Program-made: the position numbers and the translations under genes
Assembly (NCBI GenBank): GCA_944390365.1
Contig: CALXPW010000005.1
Span: forward strand, 928-64,927
Length of the DNA: 64,000 nucleotides
Origin: an uncultured Clostridia bacterium
GTDB taxonomy: Bacteria; Bacillota; Clostridia; TANB77; CAG-508
Direction: 5' to 3'
In this document: piece after piece, positions 47,535 to 57,250 of the stretch
How positions within the stretch are numbered: the first letter of the stretch is position 1
How the letters are laid out: every line of letters begins with the position of its first letter
The notes under the pieces: model-generated
What the model was told of the DNA's origin: nothing
Seen by the model: only the letters and a program-made list of their open reading frames with translations
The model's database searches: none

Positions 47535-48227
47535 GTAAAAAAATTTAATATAGAAAATAAAGATATATGTATTCACTATAATAAAACAAATGTAAACCAA
47601 TTACCAGTTGTAATACTAAATACTTATGGTAATGAAGGAGAAGATGTTTTTGATAAATGCAGGTTAATAGATTCTAAAGAATATATATTAGTTTCAATTT
47701 CTAATTTGGATTGGAATAATGATATGTCGCCATGGTTTGCACCAAAACTAAATAAAAATGATGTAGATTGTTTAGGAAAAGCAGATGAATATTTAGAACT
47801 TCTATTAAACAAAATTATTCCAAGTATAGAAAAATATGTTAAAAATAATCTAAAAATATCAATACAGTATTATGGAATAGCAGGTTATTCTTTAGCAGGA
47901 CTATTTGCAGTATATTCTGGCTATAAAACAGATATGTTTTCTAAAATAGCATCTGCTTCTGGTTCTTTCTGGTTTCCTAATTTTGTAGAATTTGTAAAAG
48001 AAAATAATATTTCAGTCAATGTAGACAAAATATATTTTTCTTTAGGAAATAAGGAAAGTAAGGTTAGAAATCAAGTTCTATCAAAAGTAGAAGAAAATAC
48101 TATAGAATTGGAAAAAATATACCATAGTAAAAAAATACAAACAATATATGAAGAAAATGAAGGAAATCATTTCACAGATGCAACTTTAAGAATGGCAAAA
48201 GGAATTAAATGGATAATTGATGGATAA
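47532..48227 (+). CDS. Alpha/beta hydrolase of the 'putative esterase' family
   Basis: 'GIAGYSLAGLFAVY' GxSxG elbow. Start at the ATG conserved in the repeat module. Confidence 0.65.
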   Translation: MVKKFNIENKDICIHYNKTNVNQLPVVILNTYGNEGEDVFDKCRLIDSKEYILVSISNLDWNNDMSPWFAPKLNKNDVDCLGKADEYLELLLNKIIPSIEKYVKNNLKISIQYYGIAGYSLAGLFAVYSGYKTDMFSKIASASGSFWFPNFVEFVKENNISVNVDKIYFSLGNKESKVRNQVLSKVEENTIELEKIYHSKKIQTIYEENEGNHFTDATLRMAKGIKWIIDG

Positions 48228-48239
48228 TGGGAGAAAAAT

Positions 48240-48425
48240 ATGAAAATTATTTTAGTTCTAGGAATATTTCTAGTAGGCATATTAATACCGTATATAATAT
48301 CTGCTATAATAATATGCTTAATACAAACAAAATCAATAAAGAATAAGGCTGTTAAAATTTTGATAATTATAATCGTTTTATTTTGTACATGTATCTTATT
48401 TTATAAGATAGCCAAAATCTCATAG
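48240..48425 (+). CDS. Small membrane protein
   Basis: 61 aa, two hydrophobic helices, RBS GGGAG. Confidence 0.4.
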   Translation: MKIILVLGIFLVGILIPYIISAIIICLIQTKSIKNKAVKILIIIIVLFCTCILFYKIAKIS

Positions 48426-48489
48426 AGTTATCAAATAACTGATTAAATGATATCATCTTAAAAGAGTTCTAATAAAAAAGGAGCAAAAA

Positions 48490-49422
48490 ATGATAATAAA
48501 TACAGGTTGTAGAACAGATATACCAGCATTTTATTCTAAATGGTTAATGAATAGAATTAGAGAAGGATTTGTACTAGTTAGAAATCCATATAACCCACTA
48601 AGTGTAACAAAATATAGTTTGTCACCAGATGTTGTGGATTGCTTAGCATTTTGTACAAAAAATCCAGAGCCTATGCTAAAATATTTGGATGAAATAGATA
48701 AATATAAACAGTATTGGTTTGTAACAATAACACCTTATGGAAAAGATATAGAGCCCAATGTTCCAGATAAGAGACAAGTAATAGAGAGCTTTAAAAAATT
48801 ATCAAATCATATTGGAGTTAATGCTATAGGTTGGAGATATGATCCAATATTTATAGATAATAATTTTAATGTTGAAAAACATATAGAATGTTTTGAAAAA
48901 ATGGCAAAAGAATTAAAAGGATATACACATAACTGTACCATAAGTTTTTTAGATTTATATGAAAAAGTAAAAAGGAACTCACCAGAATTAAAGCCACCGA
49001 CAAAAAATGAGCAAATTGAAATTGCAAAAGCCTTTAGTAAAATAGGAAAAGAAAATGATATAGTAATACATAGTTGTTGTGAGAAAACATATCTTGCAGA
49101 ATATGGACTAGATATTAGTGGATGTATGAGTAAAGAAATAGTAGAAGAGGCAATTGGATATTCTTTAAATCCACCAAAAGTACAAAACTTAAGAGAAAGT
49201 TGTAATTGCTTAATGGGAAATGACATAGGAGCATATAATACATGTGGACATTTATGCAAATATTGTTATGCCGATTATAATAAGGAATTAGTGCTGGAAA
49301 ATATGAGAAAGCATAATGAGGATTCTCCACTTCTAATTGGTAAAGTAAGTAAAGAGGATAAAATAACAGAGGCAAGACAAAAGCGTTGGAAGGTCGTAAA
49401 TGAGCAAATTAGCTTTTTGTAA
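48490..49422 (+). CDS. DUF1848 domain-containing protein
   Basis: 'NTGCRTDIPAFYSKW..NR...G...VRNPYNP' and a C-terminal Cys cluster 'CNC....D.GAYNTC.H.C.YCYA'. Confidence 0.6.
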   Translation: MIINTGCRTDIPAFYSKWLMNRIREGFVLVRNPYNPLSVTKYSLSPDVVDCLAFCTKNPEPMLKYLDEIDKYKQYWFVTITPYGKDIEPNVPDKRQVIESFKKLSNHIGVNAIGWRYDPIFIDNNFNVEKHIECFEKMAKELKGYTHNCTISFLDLYEKVKRNSPELKPPTKNEQIEIAKAFSKIGKENDIVIHSCCEKTYLAEYGLDISGCMSKEIVEEAIGYSLNPPKVQNLRESCNCLMGNDIGAYNTCGHLCKYCYADYNKELVLENMRKHNEDSPLLIGKVSKEDKITEARQKRWKVVNEQISFL

Positions 49423-49592
49423 TACAGCAAAATAGTAGAAATAAATCTGCTAACAGATAAGTGAAATATAAAGCTACTATATGGAGTGAACACGGATTAT
49501 TAGAAAAAAGTTTAATAATTGGAGTTTACTTTGTATAGTAGCTTTTATTCTGTTAAGTTGAAAATATATAATAAAAAATAATAAAAAAGATG

Positions 49593-49648
49593 TTGACACG
49601 GTGTCAGAAGTGTGACATATAATAATTATACTGACACGGTGTCAGAAG
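49593..49648 (+). promoter_or_regulatory. Promoter with duplicated TetR-type operator TGACACGGTGTCAGAAG
   Basis: Perfect dyad TGACAC-g-GTGTCA at 49594..49606 (overlapping the -35 TTGACA) and at 49632..49644 (abutting the RBS). The 17-nt direct repeat is identical. Confidence 0.7.
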
Positions 49649-49663
49649 AAAGGAGAAAACAAA

Positions 49664-50275
49664 ATGGCTAAGGAAATAATTGATGTTAGGAAAGAAGAAA
49701 TTATAAATGCATGTGAAAAACTTTATGAAAATAACAATTTTAAAGATATAACAATAAAAAGTATAGGAGAGAAAACAACCTTTTCTCGTACATCAATATA
49801 CAATTATTTTCAAACAAAAGAAGAAATATTCCTTGCACTTTTAAAAAGAGAATATGAAAGATGGATAGATGATTTAAATGAAATGTATGAACAAAATCAA
49901 GAAATGACAAAAGAATTATTTGCCGATAAACTAGCACAAACGGTAGCCAAAAGGAAAAATCTATTAAAATTACTTTCTATGAATATGTACGATATGGAAG
50001 AAAACAGTAGAATGGAAGAGTTGATAGAATTTAAAAGAGCTTATGGAAATGCAATAAAAATGGTAAGAAAATGTGTTGATAAATTCTTTAATAAAATGAG
50101 TGATAGTGAAAAAGAAGAATTTATATTCTTGTTCTTTCCACTAATGTATGGAATTTATCCTTATGCAGAAGTAACAGAAAAACAAATGAAAGCAATGGAA
50201 GTTGCTAATGTTCCATTTAAATATTTATCTATTTATGACATTACCTATAAGGGAATTTTAAAATTATTAAGTTAG
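49664..50275 (+). CDS. TetR/AcrR family transcriptional regulator
   Basis: 'ITIKSIGEKTTFSRTSIYNYF' HTH. Confidence 0.8.
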   Translation: MAKEIIDVRKEEIINACEKLYENNNFKDITIKSIGEKTTFSRTSIYNYFQTKEEIFLALLKREYERWIDDLNEMYEQNQEMTKELFADKLAQTVAKRKNLLKLLSMNMYDMEENSRMEELIEFKRAYGNAIKMVRKCVDKFFNKMSDSEKEEFIFLFFPLMYGIYPYAEVTEKQMKAMEVANVPFKYLSIYDITYKGILKLLS

Positions 50276-50285
50276 AAGGAAAAGT

Positions 50286-50819
50286 ATGAAAATTGTAATT
50301 TTAACAGGAAGCAATAATTTACACGGCACATCAAATACTTTAGTTGATGAATTTATAAAAGGAGCAAAAGAAAATGGAAATGAAATTGTAAGATTTGATA
50401 CTGCACATTTAGAGATACATCCATGTATTGGATGTAACCATTGTGGAATGGACGGAGACTGTGTATTTAAAGATGACATGGTACAGATATTAGATGAAGT
50501 AGAAAGTGCAGATATGCTAGTTTTTGCAACACCAGTTTATTATTTTGCAATGACAGCACCACTTAAAGCTACAATAGACAGATTCTATTCAAGAACTGGA
50601 AGAATAAGCAGTAAAAGATTAAGAACAGCATTTATTATGACTTGTTGGAATACAGACGATTCAACAGTAGAGCCTTTAATTGTACATTATAAAAAATTAG
50701 TAAGCTATATGCATTATATAGACGAAGGTATGATTGTAGGAAAAGGCTGTGGAACAGTTGGAATGATGCCAGAGCACTTTTATAAAGAAGCGTATGAGTT
50801 AGGTAAAAAGATTAAATAA
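50286..50819 (+). CDS. Flavodoxin-like NAD(P)H-dependent FMN reductase / iron-sulfur flavoprotein
   Basis: 'KIVILTGS....GTSN', 'CIGCNHCGMDGDC', 'ADMLVFATPVYYF'. Confidence 0.75.
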   Translation: MKIVILTGSNNLHGTSNTLVDEFIKGAKENGNEIVRFDTAHLEIHPCIGCNHCGMDGDCVFKDDMVQILDEVESADMLVFATPVYYFAMTAPLKATIDRFYSRTGRISSKRLRTAFIMTCWNTDDSTVEPLIVHYKKLVSYMHYIDEGMIVGKGCGTVGMMPEHFYKEAYELGKKIK

Positions 50820-50836
50820 AATAGGAGGAAAGAATT

Positions 50837-51586
50837 ATGAAAATTACAGAAAAAGCAATGGAAAATTGCAAAAAATTATTTCCAGAAGCAAATTTACAAG
50901 AAAATTATGACGAAGAGTTAATGGAAATTATCACAAATTTTAGCTTAGATGAGGCACAAGAATACGACAATATAGATGAAAAAACAAGACAAATGGTAAT
51001 CTTAGCTGCAACAATAGCAACTCAAACACCAAAGAGATATGAGCAAGCAATAAAAGCAGCATTAAATGTAGGTGTTACTCCAATTGAAATTAAGGAAATA
51101 TTATATCAGGCAGTTCCTTATGTAGGAGTTTTAAAAGTGTTAGATTTATTAGAGCCAACAAATAAAATATTTGAAGAAAAAGGAATTAAATTACCATTAG
51201 AAAAACAAGGAACAACAAACAGAGAAAATCGTTTTGACAAAGGATTAGAAGTGCAAAAATCAATATTTGGAGATGTAATTGATAAAAATTATGAAAATTC
51301 TCCAAAAAATCAAGTTCATATTCAAAAATTCTTATCAGATAACTGCTTTGGAGATTATTATACAAGAAATGGATTAGATGTAAAAACAAGAGAATTAATT
51401 ACATTTTCAATATTGATTTCACAAGGTGGTTGTGAGCCACAAGTAAAAGGACATATAGCAGGAAATGTAAATGTAGGAAACGATAAGCAAATATTATTAA
51501 ATACAGTAACAGCGCTTCTTCCTTATATAGGCTATCCAAGAAGTTTAAATGCGATGGCGTGTATAAATCAAGTAATACCAGAATAA
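50837..51586 (+). CDS. Carboxymuconolactone decarboxylase family protein (tandem CMD domains)
   Basis: 249 aa. 'EIKEILYQAVPYVG' and a second 'LLPYIGYPRSLNA' module. Confidence 0.65.
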   Translation: MKITEKAMENCKKLFPEANLQENYDEELMEIITNFSLDEAQEYDNIDEKTRQMVILAATIATQTPKRYEQAIKAALNVGVTPIEIKEILYQAVPYVGVLKVLDLLEPTNKIFEEKGIKLPLEKQGTTNRENRFDKGLEVQKSIFGDVIDKNYENSPKNQVHIQKFLSDNCFGDYYTRNGLDVKTRELITFSILISQGGCEPQVKGHIAGNVNVGNDKQILLNTVTALLPYIGYPRSLNAMACINQVIPE

Positions 51587-51601
51587 AGGAGGAATTTAGA
51601 A

Positions 51602-52144
51602 ATGCAAAAAAATATAGGTTCAAAATTAGCATTATATCCAATGCCATTATTAGTAATCGGAACAATGGTAGATGGAAAAGTAAATTGGCTCTTAGCAAGA
51701 CATAGTGGAATAATAGGACATGACAGAGTTATGGTCAGTTTAGCAAAACTACATTATACGAATAAAGGAATTAAAGATACAAAAATATTATCTATCAATT
51801 TAGTTAATGAAGAAATGCTTAAAAAAGCAGATTATGTAGGAAGTGTAAGTGGTAGCAAAATAGATAAATCAGATGTATTTGAATACCATATTGGAGATTC
51901 TGGAGCACCAATAATAAATAATGCACCAGTTGTTATGGAATGTAGGGTAGAAAACAATTATGAAACAGATACTTTTGATAATTTTATAATGACAATAGAT
52001 AATACTTATGTTCAAGAAGAAAACTTAGATGAGCAAGGAAAAATAGATTACACAAAATTCAGCCCAGTATTATTTGAATTTCCAAAATACACCTATTTGA
52101 GGACTGGAGATACTATAGGAAATTGTTTAAGATTGGATAAGTAA
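51602..52144 (+). CDS. Flavin reductase-like FMN-binding protein
   Basis: 180 aa, 'YPMP..VIGT..DGK.N', split-barrel family features. Confidence 0.6.
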   Translation: MQKNIGSKLALYPMPLLVIGTMVDGKVNWLLARHSGIIGHDRVMVSLAKLHYTNKGIKDTKILSINLVNEEMLKKADYVGSVSGSKIDKSDVFEYHIGDSGAPIINNAPVVMECRVENNYETDTFDNFIMTIDNTYVQEENLDEQGKIDYTKFSPVLFEFPKYTYLRTGDTIGNCLRLDK

Positions 52145-52160
52145 AAAGGAGGATTGAGTT

Positions 52161-52454
52161 ATGAGCTTAACAATAAATATTTATTATACAGGAGAAAATG
52201 GAAATGCAAGAAAGTTTGCAGAAGAAATGGTGAAAACAGGAGTTGTAGATAGAGTAAGAGCTGAAAAAGGTAATTTAAGATATAATTACTTTTTTCCAAT
52301 GGATGACCCAGAAACAGTTTTACTAATAGATAGATGGGAAAGTGAGGACGCTTTAGATGAACATCATAAATCGCCTATGATGAAAGAAATAGCTGATTTA
52401 AGGGATAAATATCATCTTCACATGAGAGTTGAACAATTTATAGAGAAAAAATAA
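52161..52454 (+). CDS. Antibiotic-biosynthesis-monooxygenase (ABM) domain protein / putative quinol monooxygenase
   Basis: 97 aa, 'LIDRWESEDALDEHHKSP'. Confidence 0.7.
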   Translation: MSLTINIYYTGENGNARKFAEEMVKTGVVDRVRAEKGNLRYNYFFPMDDPETVLLIDRWESEDALDEHHKSPMMKEIADLRDKYHLHMRVEQFIEKK

Positions 52455-52657
52455 AAGCAAGGAGAGATAAATATAGAAAAACAAATATTGCCAATTGTAA
52501 TACAAACAATTGGCACAAACAAAAATACATCCTCTTTTATTTGAAATTACTTTATATTTAAAAAAATAATATTATCCATTGAAAAAGAAAAAACTTAATG
52601 ATAGTATATAGTTATAAATTTTATAGACAAGTTCACTTGTCAAAAGGAGGTTCTAAT

Positions 52658-53542
52658 ATGGATTTAAAAAAATTATTTGGATATGAAGGGAAAAATGTAG
52701 TTATTACAGGTTCTGCTTCGGGAATGAGCAAGTCTGCAACAGAATTATTGCTAGAATTAGGAGCAAATGTATATGCAATAGATATAAATAAAATAGATTT
52801 ACCTGTAACTAAAGCGTTTCAAGCAGATATGAGTAAAAAGGAAGAGATAGACAATGTAATAGCACAGTTACCAAATAAAATAGATGCATTATTCTTATGC
52901 CATGGAATTGCTGCATTTCCGGGTAGAGAGTTATTAGTACAAAAAGTAAATTTCTATAGCCAAAAATATATGACAGAAAAATTACTAGATAGGATATCAG
53001 AGCATGGTTCTATTACTTATATTGCATCAGTAGGTGGATTTGGATGGCAACAAGTTTACGATAAAGCAGTAGAACTTATAAATTTACCTACTTGGGAAGA
53101 TGCAATGGAGTGGTATGACAAACATCCAGATTTAATTAAAAGTGCTTATGTTTTTGCAAAACAATGCTTAGAATCTTATGTAACATACAAATGCATGTCG
53201 CCAGAATTTATAAATAAGAGAATAAGATTAAATGCAATCAATCCAGGAGATACAACAACTGGTTTGACAGAAGACTTTAACAAATCTACAAGCCCAACAG
53301 GAGATTTAAAAGAAGGAGAAGAGATGATTTCAAATATATTCCTAAAGAGTTGGAATGGTTACCCAGCAGAGCCTAAAGATATGGGATACCCAATGGTAGT
53401 AATAGGTAGTGATATTTGTTCCTATATGTCAGGACAACTAATTTATATAGACTTTGGTTTAACATCAAGTTGGACTAGTGGAGCATTATTGCAGGCAAAC
53501 AACAAAACAATAGAAGAAATTTCAGCAGAATCTAATAAATAG
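52658..53542 (+). CDS. SDR-family oxidoreductase
   Basis: Start at the ATG at 52658, behind AAAGGAGG. 'KNVVITGSASGMSK' dinucleotide loop, 'YVFAK' catalytic-type motif. Confidence 0.65.
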   Translation: MDLKKLFGYEGKNVVITGSASGMSKSATELLLELGANVYAIDINKIDLPVTKAFQADMSKKEEIDNVIAQLPNKIDALFLCHGIAAFPGRELLVQKVNFYSQKYMTEKLLDRISEHGSITYIASVGGFGWQQVYDKAVELINLPTWEDAMEWYDKHPDLIKSAYVFAKQCLESYVTYKCMSPEFINKRIRLNAINPGDTTTGLTEDFNKSTSPTGDLKEGEEMISNIFLKSWNGYPAEPKDMGYPMVVIGSDICSYMSGQLIYIDFGLTSSWTSGALLQANNKTIEEISAESNK

Positions 53543-53598
53543 CCATGATTTCTTAGTGGTATTGTATAATCTGAGAAGTAATTATTAGTGGAGGAAAA

Positions 53599-53916
53599 AT
53601 GGATAGTGCTAAAAAATATAATATAATAACTTTATGTGGTTCAATTAAATTTAAAGATGAATTTATAAAGGTCCAAGAAAAACTTACTTTAGATGGTAAT
53701 ATTGTTCTTACACCTAATTTCTTTAATAACATAAGAAAAGAAGATATAGACGAGAAAATGAAAAAGATGTTAGATGAAATGCACAAGCAAAAAATAGATA
53801 TGTCAGATGAAATTTATGTAATCAATTTTGGAGGATATATTGGAGAAAGTACAAAATCAGAAATTGAATATGCAAAAGCAAAGGGGAAAAAGATCTCTTA
53901 TTTAGAAAGTATCTAA
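53599..53916 (+). CDS. Small protein, nucleoside 2-deoxyribosyltransferase-like superfamily (function unknown)
   Basis: 105 aa. 'ITLCGSIKFK' and 'GGYIGESTKSEIEYAKAKGKKI' resemble that fold. Weak call. Confidence 0.35.
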   Translation: MDSAKKYNIITLCGSIKFKDEFIKVQEKLTLDGNIVLTPNFFNNIRKEDIDEKMKKMLDEMHKQKIDMSDEIYVINFGGYIGESTKSEIEYAKAKGKKISYLESI

Positions 53917-54155
53917 TAATAAATTAAAACTAAACTAGAGGTTTATTAAAGTAAACTAACAGTCTGTTGAGCTTTTTATAAAGCAATAGTACAGTGGAAA
54001 TTTGCATAATAGTCACATCAGTATTAAAACAAATTGATATAAACAATGATATTACTATGTTAGGGATAGGAATTAGTTGCTTAGCAATTTATTTACTAAA
54101 AAATAATAGAAAACAAGACGTAAAGAACTGCCTTTAAAATAAATTATAAATGGAA

Positions 54156-54184
54156 AGATTAGTTTGTTAAAAACTAATCTTTTG
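54156..54184 (+). terminator. Third copy of the AGATTAGTTT...AAACTAATCT terminator hairpin
   Basis: Same stem sequence as 44048..44073 and the hairpin in 47440..47534. Followed by TTTT. Confidence 0.6.
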
Positions 54185-54358
54185 TTGTCTTCGACAACAA
54201 TGTTATTGGAACCTGATTGTAATTTTGATTACCGTGTTGAGTCAGGTTCTTATTTTTTGATTATAAGCAAATATATCGAAAAACAATAAAAATATATTGA
54301 CATACAAAAAATATTAATATATACTAATTCGCAATAAGATGATTAATTTAGGAGTTGA

Positions 54359-55126
54359 ATGAAGATGGAGAGAGTAAAACTAAAAACAACAAAAATAAAA
54401 AAACTTAGCAATTTTGATTGGATAGAATACTTTAAGTATAATAATTCACATTTATTAAAATTAGACTTTAGTAACAACACCGAATTGTCAAACGAAGAAA
54501 AAAAACTAATAACACCATCAATTAAAGCATTTCAATTAGGCGAAGGTTCTGAAGGTAAACATTTAATGCACGTAGTAGAAAAATTTGCATTAAAGAAAAA
54601 TTATAAAGAGTATCCAAAAATTATGAAGTTGTTTATAATGGAAGAAAATAGACATTCGCAAACATTAAAAAAATATATGGAAATATATAATATTGAACCT
54701 GCTAAAAAGTTATGGATTGATAAAGTATTTAGAATATTGAGAAAAATGATGGGGTTAGAGTGTGAAGTTATTATATTGGTAACTGCTGAAATGATTGCCT
54801 TATCTTATTATACAGCACTTTCAAATGCTACTAATTCTACATTATTAAAAACCATTTGTACGCAAATGCTAAATGATGAACTAAAACATGTTGTACTACA
54901 GTCAGATACATTACATAGGATTTCTAAAAATAGAAATGAAATGATAAATAAATTAATAAGAAAAATTAGAATACTAGTAATGAAAGTTACTGTTTATGTT
55001 GTGTGGCATAAATATAAAAAATTATTTATAGAAGGTAATTATGAATATAAAAAATTTAAAAAATATTCTTTAGAATACTTAAAAGAATCTATAAATATAG
55101 AAAAAACAGGAAATCTGGAAGAATAA
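54359..55126 (+). CDS. Ferritin-like di-iron-carboxylate family protein
   Basis: Two ExxH-type motifs ('EENRHSQ', 'NDELKHV') in predicted helices. Confidence 0.4.
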   Translation: MKMERVKLKTTKIKKLSNFDWIEYFKYNNSHLLKLDFSNNTELSNEEKKLITPSIKAFQLGEGSEGKHLMHVVEKFALKKNYKEYPKIMKLFIMEENRHSQTLKKYMEIYNIEPAKKLWIDKVFRILRKMMGLECEVIILVTAEMIALSYYTALSNATNSTLLKTICTQMLNDELKHVVLQSDTLHRISKNRNEMINKLIRKIRILVMKVTVYVVWHKYKKLFIEGNYEYKKFKKYSLEYLKESINIEKTGNLEE

Positions 55127-55184
55127 GTAATGCTTATACAATATACGATTTTTTATATGTAGAAATAAGTTTTCTAATTATTTA

Positions 55185-55212
55185 TTGACTTATGTAAATA
55201 ATATGATACAAT
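55185..55212 (+). promoter_or_regulatory. Promoter of the tyrS leader
   Basis: TTGACT - 16 nt - TGaTACAAT (extended -10). Confidence 0.6.
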
Positions 55213-55224
55213 AATTACTAATTT

Positions 55225-55455
55225 AATTTAGTTGTGTTTAAAAAGAAACTCAAGTAGAATTTTATAGTGACAAACAGAGAAATGGTGGAAGCTGAAAATC
55301 ATTCGTATATAAAATTTGAATTACACTTCTTATAATAACTAACGTGTGGCTACGATAAGCTTTAATGAGGCAATATTTTAAATAAGGAATATTGTAAATA
55401 AAGGTGGTACAACGAAGTCAATTCGTCCTTTAGTGGGATGAATTGGCTTTTTTAG
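55225..55455 (+). promoter_or_regulatory. T-box leader (tRNA-Tyr-responsive riboswitch) with terminator
   Basis: AGAGA box (55276..55280). Conserved T-box AAGGTGGTACAACG (55401..55414). Terminator AAGTCAATTCGTCC / GGATGAATTGGCTT plus T6 (55415..55455). Candidate UAU specifier at 55306..55308. Confidence 0.75.
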
Positions 55456-55638
55456 ATATATAAACTTTAAGGAGGTGATGCTATGACCCAGTGGTTTAGA
55501 ATGAAAATAATAATCGATGGGTTCTTCTACGAAAATTCATATTTAATTCAAGTAATAAAAAAGAAGGATGTTTAGATACAGGAATGAATAATGTTTTTGC
55601 TTAACTAAACTTCCTGAGAATGGAAAGGAATAGAAAAT

Positions 55639-56805
55639 ATGAATGATAAGTTAGAAATAATAAAAAGAAAAGCAGTACAAATTTTTTCGGAAGAAGATTT
55701 AAACAGAAAAATAAATAGTGGAAAAAAATTAACAATTAAGCTTGGAGCAGACCCATCAAGACCAGATTTGCACATTGGACATAGTGTGGTTTTAAGAGTA
55801 TTAAAGCTATTTCAAGATATGGGACATGAAGTAGTCTTCGTTGTAGGAGACTTTACAGGAATGATAGGAGACCCATCAGGCAAAAGTAAGACTAGACCAG
55901 CACTAACTTTTGAGCAAACTAGAAAGTCAGCAGAAACTTATTTAGAGCAAGCAACTAAAATATTAGATAAGAATAAAACAAGAATAGCATTTAATTCAGA
56001 ATGGCTATCAAAAATGAATCTTGAAGATGTAATAAAATTAACAAGTAAATACACAGTAGCAAGAATTATGGAAAGAGACGATTTCAAAAATAGATTTGAA
56101 AATAACTTGCCACTTTCTATGCATGAATTATTGTACCCTTTATTGCAAGGCTATGATTCAGTAGAATTAAAAGCAGATATAGAAATAGGTGGAACAGACC
56201 AAACCTTCAATCTATTGGTAGGAAGAGAGTTACAGAAAGATTATGGTCAAGAAAGCCAAGTCGTAATGACATTTCCACTATTAGTAGGATTGGATGGCAA
56301 AGAGAAAATGAGTAAATCATTGGATAATTATATAGGGCTTACAGATTCGCCATTTGAAAAATTTGAGAAAAGCATGAAAATACCAGATAATGTGTTAAGA
56401 CAATACTTTGAACTTGCAACTGATTTGCCAACTGATGAAATTAATAAAATAATGAGTGGAGATATACGAGAAGCACACTTACAATTTGCAAAAGAATTAC
56501 TAAAAATGTATGATGATGTAAATGAATTTGAAAGCATTAAGGAAAGATATATGAATATTGCAAAAGGAGAGATACCAGAAAATATAGAAGAAATAAAAAT
56601 GGAGGAAAAAGAACTTAATATCTGCGAATTATTAGTAAAAACTGGATTTGCAAATTCAAAGAGTGAAGCAAAGAGAATGATTTTAGGTAATGGCATAAAA
56701 GTAGATGGAAAAGTTGTTACAGACATAAATAAAGCAATAGAAATAGCAAATGGAAAAGTAATACAATTTGGAAAGAATAGATTTAAGAAAATAACAAAAA
56801 TATAA
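55639..56805 (+). CDS. tyrS: Tyrosine--tRNA ligase
   Basis: 'DLHIGH' HIGH motif, 'KMSKSLDN', C-terminal S4-like domain. Confidence 0.9.
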   Translation: MNDKLEIIKRKAVQIFSEEDLNRKINSGKKLTIKLGADPSRPDLHIGHSVVLRVLKLFQDMGHEVVFVVGDFTGMIGDPSGKSKTRPALTFEQTRKSAETYLEQATKILDKNKTRIAFNSEWLSKMNLEDVIKLTSKYTVARIMERDDFKNRFENNLPLSMHELLYPLLQGYDSVELKADIEIGGTDQTFNLLVGRELQKDYGQESQVVMTFPLLVGLDGKEKMSKSLDNYIGLTDSPFEKFEKSMKIPDNVLRQYFELATDLPTDEINKIMSGDIREAHLQFAKELLKMYDDVNEFESIKERYMNIAKGEIPENIEEIKMEEKELNICELLVKTGFANSKSEAKRMILGNGIKVDGKVVTDINKAIEIANGKVIQFGKNRFKKITKI

Positions 56806-56820
56806 AAATCTCCATCTCTA

Positions 56821-56849
56821 TTGACAAATAAAAACATCTGTTTTATAAT
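56821..56849 (+). promoter_or_regulatory. Consensus sigma-A promoter TTGACA-17-TATAAT
   Basis: Perfect hexamers at 56821..56826 and 56844..56849. Confidence 0.65.
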
Positions 56850-56872
56850 GCAAGCAGATGGAGGAGACAATT

Positions 56873-57250
56873 ATGAAATATGTTTATAACAAATTAGTTA
56901 GAGATAAAATACCAGAAGAAATAAACAAAAACGGTGACAGAAAAGCAAACTATAAAATATTAGACAATGACGAGTATTTAAGAGAACTAGATAAAAAATT
57001 ATTTGAAGAAGCTCACGAATTTGTTGAAGAACACTCTACCCAAGAACTTGCAGACTTAATGGAAGTTATCGGAGCAATAATGAAAGTAAATAATATTTCG
57101 TTGGATGACGTTGAAGAAGCTAGAAATATAAAGAATGGAAAGAAAGGCAAATTTGAAAATAAAATCTATTTAATAGACGTAGAACAAGATTACGCTGATG
57201 ATAGAGAAGAAAAAGAATTGAACAAGGAATGGAGAAAAAATGGAAACTAA
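56873..57250 (+). CDS. MazG-like / phosphoribosyl-ATP pyrophosphohydrolase-like nucleotide pyrophosphohydrolase
   Basis: 'YNKLVRDKIPEEI', 'EEAHEF....STQELADLMEVI'. Confidence 0.65.
   Translation: MKYVYNKLVRDKIPEEINKNGDRKANYKILDNDEYLRELDKKLFEEAHEFVEEHSTQELADLMEVIGAIMKVNNISLDDVEEARNIKNGKKGKFENKIYLIDVEQDYADDREEKELNKEWRKNGN

Noticed and set aside
54190-54196. Spo0A '0A box' TTCGACA inside the dyad TTGTTGTC-ttc-GACAACAA.
   Set aside because: This is a single 7-mer occurrence, expected by chance in 64 kb on two strands. It has no promoter context.
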